A DNA stretch of 64,000 nt from NCBI RefSeq assembly GCF_037042905.1, contig NC_087250.1, forward strand, positions 19,470,001-19,534,000, read 5' to 3'. Position 1 is the first letter of the stretch. Every line of letters begins with the position of its first letter. A program made the translations under genes and the position numbers. Shown here piece after piece: positions 61,278 to 64,000 of this stretch. Source of the DNA: Lytechinus pictus (lineage: Eukaryota). Under the pieces are notes generated by a model that was not told the origin of the DNA, did no database searches, and saw nothing but the letters and a program-made list of their open reading frames with translations.

Positions 61278-64000
61278 TTAAGTCAGATCTATAGGGACCC
61301 CCGGTTGTTGTTTTTTGTTTATTTTTGATGAGAAGAAATTCAACTTGTTTTTCATATTTTAGCCTAGAAAAATTGCGACCACTTTGGCAAATATTTCACT
61401 TATGGGAGGTTGACTTTTGCAAGTTTATTATATACTTGATTCATCAATATGTGTACTGAATATGGATTATTTATGGATTTTTAGTGCACATCGATGCAGG
61501 AGATATTGTAGAACAATATAAATATTTTCATTACTTTCATCATTTCTATATATATTTTTTTTTCTTTTTTCAAAGAACCAACTCAGATTTACATTATGAT
61601 TAATCAACAATAGTATCAATTACTCATGCAAAGTGCTATAATGAATATATAAATATATATATATAATATATATATATATATAATGTTACTTAGTATTATG
61701 CTGTAATTACTGTACTTCTTCTATTGTGCAAGTCCTTGGAGCTATAATTCATATTTAGGATTTTGATAATACTACAATTAATATGGCAACCATAATAAGT
61801 TTTTGAAAGTGTACATTTATCTTACATTTTATCATGTGATTTACTTTTGGAAGAAAGTATGACCCTTTGAAAACGTATTTACTGTTAAGTTTCTTTTCTA
61901 TGTGGTCTAAACTCTAATACATGTTGTATCAGAAAAATTATATAGAATTTATTCAGAAAGATATTGATAATTTTGTTGGTGATAATATTTATGCAGATTT
62001 CCTTTAAAAAGAACTCGAATTTGTTGTGTACATTCTCTCTCTTTTGTGTGTTTTATCTTTGTGAAAATGATATACAGAAGTATAGGAAGCGAGAAAGAGA
62101 TACAAGAGAGGGAGGGAGAGAGGGGGGGGGGGTGCAATGAGCAGTACCGAGAGTTCTGGGGAGGGGATGACGCAAATGCCGAGACAATCGGTGATTGAGA
62201 TAAAGATCGAGCGGGGGGGGGGGGGGGGAGTTAGCACGGGCCAAGGTTATTGATTGTGAAAGAGCCGATATGACAGAGTCCATATTAAACAGGACACGTA
62301 CGTACGATTAATTTTTCATATTGATTAACTTTTTTACTCCCATTCGATCATTATAGAACGCAAACATTCTTATTTCTGTCGGATTTCTTTTATTTAAAAC
62401 ATCGTTTTACAATGTAGGACTGATGAATGAAATGCAAGACTACATAATGCCCATAAATATCCGAGCTATATTCGGCCCCCTTCCGCAAGGTTTTAGAAGG
62501 GGAAAATATAATGAAGAAATATCCATATCCTTCTATATAATATGCATGGCTTTTTATAAACGGGATTGAATAATGACGAAAAATTGAGAAAGAGAGAAAA
62601 GAACAAGGGGCAAGGGAATCAAAGAGAGATTGGGGGAGGATTATACATGTATTTTTTTGTAATACCCGCAATGCGAATGGAACGATCCATGGGGAGGGCG
62701 TCCAAAGATTAAACAAAGACCTTTTTGGGGTCTGAAAAAGCAAGACCATTTTCTCGCATTCGTCTCCTTCCGGTGCGTATCACGCAATTTTTTTTAGGGC
62801 ACTTTCATCAAAATTTCCACGATTTGGGTGAGTATTTTCAATTATTTTTCGGTACATCGTTTCAAGAATGTTTTAGTGATTGCTTAGTTGAATTGATGGT
62901 GTTGTTTTTAGCCGTGATAAGTGTGTAATTTTGTGTTATACTTTTTTTGCGAGGCTTTATGACGCCCCGCGGCCCCCGCACGTTTATATTGATAACATAT
63001 TGCATGCATGCTGTATCTTAGACCTTCGTACACGTACACGAACGTGCATAGGGCACCGCGTGTATTGCAATTGCATGCATTCAATTCATACATAAAATTT
63101 AGGGCACTCGGCAATGGTATAAAGGCAAGGGGCTTGTGTGTGTCGTGTGTGTGCGTGTGTTATCGAATATATCCCAATGCTATGTAATAATACAGCGTCG
63201 TGTGCTAGTGTTTTGACATTGCGTGTGTGTGTGGGTTTTTTTCCTGGTTGACCCGATTAAAATATGTTGTTTTATACATTACCACAAGTATTTTGATGTG
63301 ACATTTTGCACATGGAGTGGTATGTGTATAAAATAACTTCCAGAATTGACATATTTGGTTGATTTTCTAGAACAAGGTCTGACTGAATTCTGTTTTCCAA
63401 AGACTAACTTTTAGTAACCCTGCATGGGGCCATCTTTCGCTTTTTAATTTGGGGCCAACCATGGCAAGGCATGAATCAATTTAGCTGCTGCAGTGCTGAT
63501 ATTGTAGAGGACCCCCCCCCCCCTTCTTGTCATTTCAATCAGTGAAACGAGGGAGTTCACCATCAGAAAATTGAAATTGATTCCTGGGTTTTGTGGGACT
63601 TGTTTTGACTTGTGTAATTTTAGCTTGTTTGACATTGGGGCCAGCATGGGCAGGGTAACTTGATCAGGGGGGGGGGGATGACATGCCTAATTTATTACCC
63701 TTTGCTTTGGCTTTGTGGGGTTAGCAGGGGTGGATCTTTGCAGGAATAATTTGACAAGCAAAAAAAAAAGTAGACTATATATGAATTATGATAAGTACTA
63801 CAAAATGGAAGTGACTTAATTTGTTCCAATTTAAAAAGCGTAAAAATAACCCCCCAATAAAAGTCCTCAATTCTAAATGGCAAATTTCCATTAAAAAAAA
63901 TATATTTTATGGCTCTCGAAGGGGGGGTCCATGGGACGGACACCCCCCCCCCCCCACCTGATCGCCAGTGGGTACTGTTTATATTTTTTTAAAATCTCAT

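Overview
AT-rich, intron-containing animal genomic DNA. The repeat repertoire and an ancestral-type KRAB domain suggest an invertebrate deuterostome such as a sea urchin; that assignment is inference. Two spliced protein-coding genes can be reconstructed on the + strand. (1) A PRDM9-type 'ancestral KRAB' C2H2 zinc-finger gene (29499-40144): a KRAB-A exon, FOUR tandem intact 102-bp copies of the KRAB-B-like exon, a linker exon, and a terminal exon with one isolated finger plus 10 arrayed fingers. No PR/SET domain is visible. (2) A three-exon PRR13-like gene encoding a Pro/Gly/Tyr-rich protein with a Lys/His and poly-Ser tail (55750-57215). The rest is densely nested repeats: a 1417-bp macrosatellite grading into a 74/191-bp higher-order satellite that ends in a Helitron-like terminus; many MITEs whose boundaries are fixed by TSDs or empty-site paralogues (hAT-, Kolobok-, Harbinger-, EnSpm-, piggyBac-, pogo- and Helentron-like); LINE fragments (RTE, CR1/L2, RNase H-bearing); tRNA-derived SINEs; and Penelope-like termini carrying minimal hammerhead ribozyme motifs. 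Most short ORFs in the supplied track are repeat-derived noise. All family assignments are from reading the sequence; no database search was run.
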